A stretch of DNA of 64,000 nt, from assembly GCA_951406725.2 (NCBI GenBank), contig OX597818.1, forward strand, positions 124,248,001 through 124,312,000, in the 5' to 3' direction. The notes under the pieces are model-generated. The model had not been told where the DNA came from. It saw only the letters and a program-made list of their open reading frames with translations, and did no database searches. The position numbers were made by a program, and so were the translations under genes. This DNA comes from Octopus vulgaris. Taxonomy: Eukaryota. This document shows, piece after piece, positions 63,351 through 64,000 of this stretch (within the stretch, counting starts at the first letter, position 1; the number at the start of each line of letters is the position of its first letter).

Positions 63351-64000
63351 GCGCATGCGATAGTGTGGTCCTGGGCTCTATGCACAAAGGAAAAAAGGGT
63401 GGGATAGTCACGTCTGGAATGCCTTCCTTTAATTTAAGCTCCGCACGACCAGGGTTGACCTGGTGCTTGAAACAATATCGAACAACAACGATAACTACAA
63501 CAGCATTGCCACCAGCAGTAGAAACCAATATCATGTTATATTCCCCTTCTTTCAATACACTTTATCTAAATCGAAGCTGCCGATCGATATTTATTCATTC
63601 AGTTTATTTTTGCATTTATTTGTTGTAAGAGTTCATGTATTGTTGTTCGGTTTTGTACGTGTGTGTATATGCGTGTGTATGCGTGTATGGGTGTATGCGT
63701 GTATGCGTGTGTGTGATTGTTTGTGCGTATGTGTGCGAAAATGGTGTGTGCACGTGGGAGTGTATATGCGTATAATTGTGTGTGTGTGTGTGGATGTGCA
63801 TGTGTATCTGTGCATGTGTGTAGGTGTGTGTATGGAGTGCTTGTGTGCTATTGTAATTAAACTGCTCTTGCAGGATGCAAATTTAGGTTGGGCGGTAACG
63901 GTATTAAGCTACGTTATGTAAATGTTGTGTGTGTGTATGTGCGTGTATGTGTGTGTGCGTGTGTGTGTGTGGTGCGTACATGTATCCATACACACACATA

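Overview
Eukaryotic (animal) genomic DNA, very AT-rich and dominated by microsatellites and transposable elements. The SINE families and the repeat landscape strongly resemble an octopus (coleoid cephalopod) genome; this is an inference from recalled sequence families, not from a search. No intact host protein-coding gene or true tRNA/rRNA gene can be supported, and nearly all ORFs in the track are microsatellite artefacts. The window holds dozens of tRNA-headed SINE copies (my labels A-E), and decayed LINEs (CR1, Tx1/L1, RTE, I/Jockey-like, R4/Dong-like). It also holds a fragmented Penelope-like (Naiad-type) ORF that the ORF track misses, mariner, hAT and Helitron-like DNA elements, a 147-bp SINE-derived tandem array, several long palindromes and one 100-N gap (21550-21649). 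The most notable unexplained signal is a set of short elements, mostly embedded in (TA)n, from several unrelated families that carry hammerhead-ribozyme motifs. One copy has a fully canonical core (24019-24104), and a relative has been turned into a near-perfect palindrome (21656-21867).
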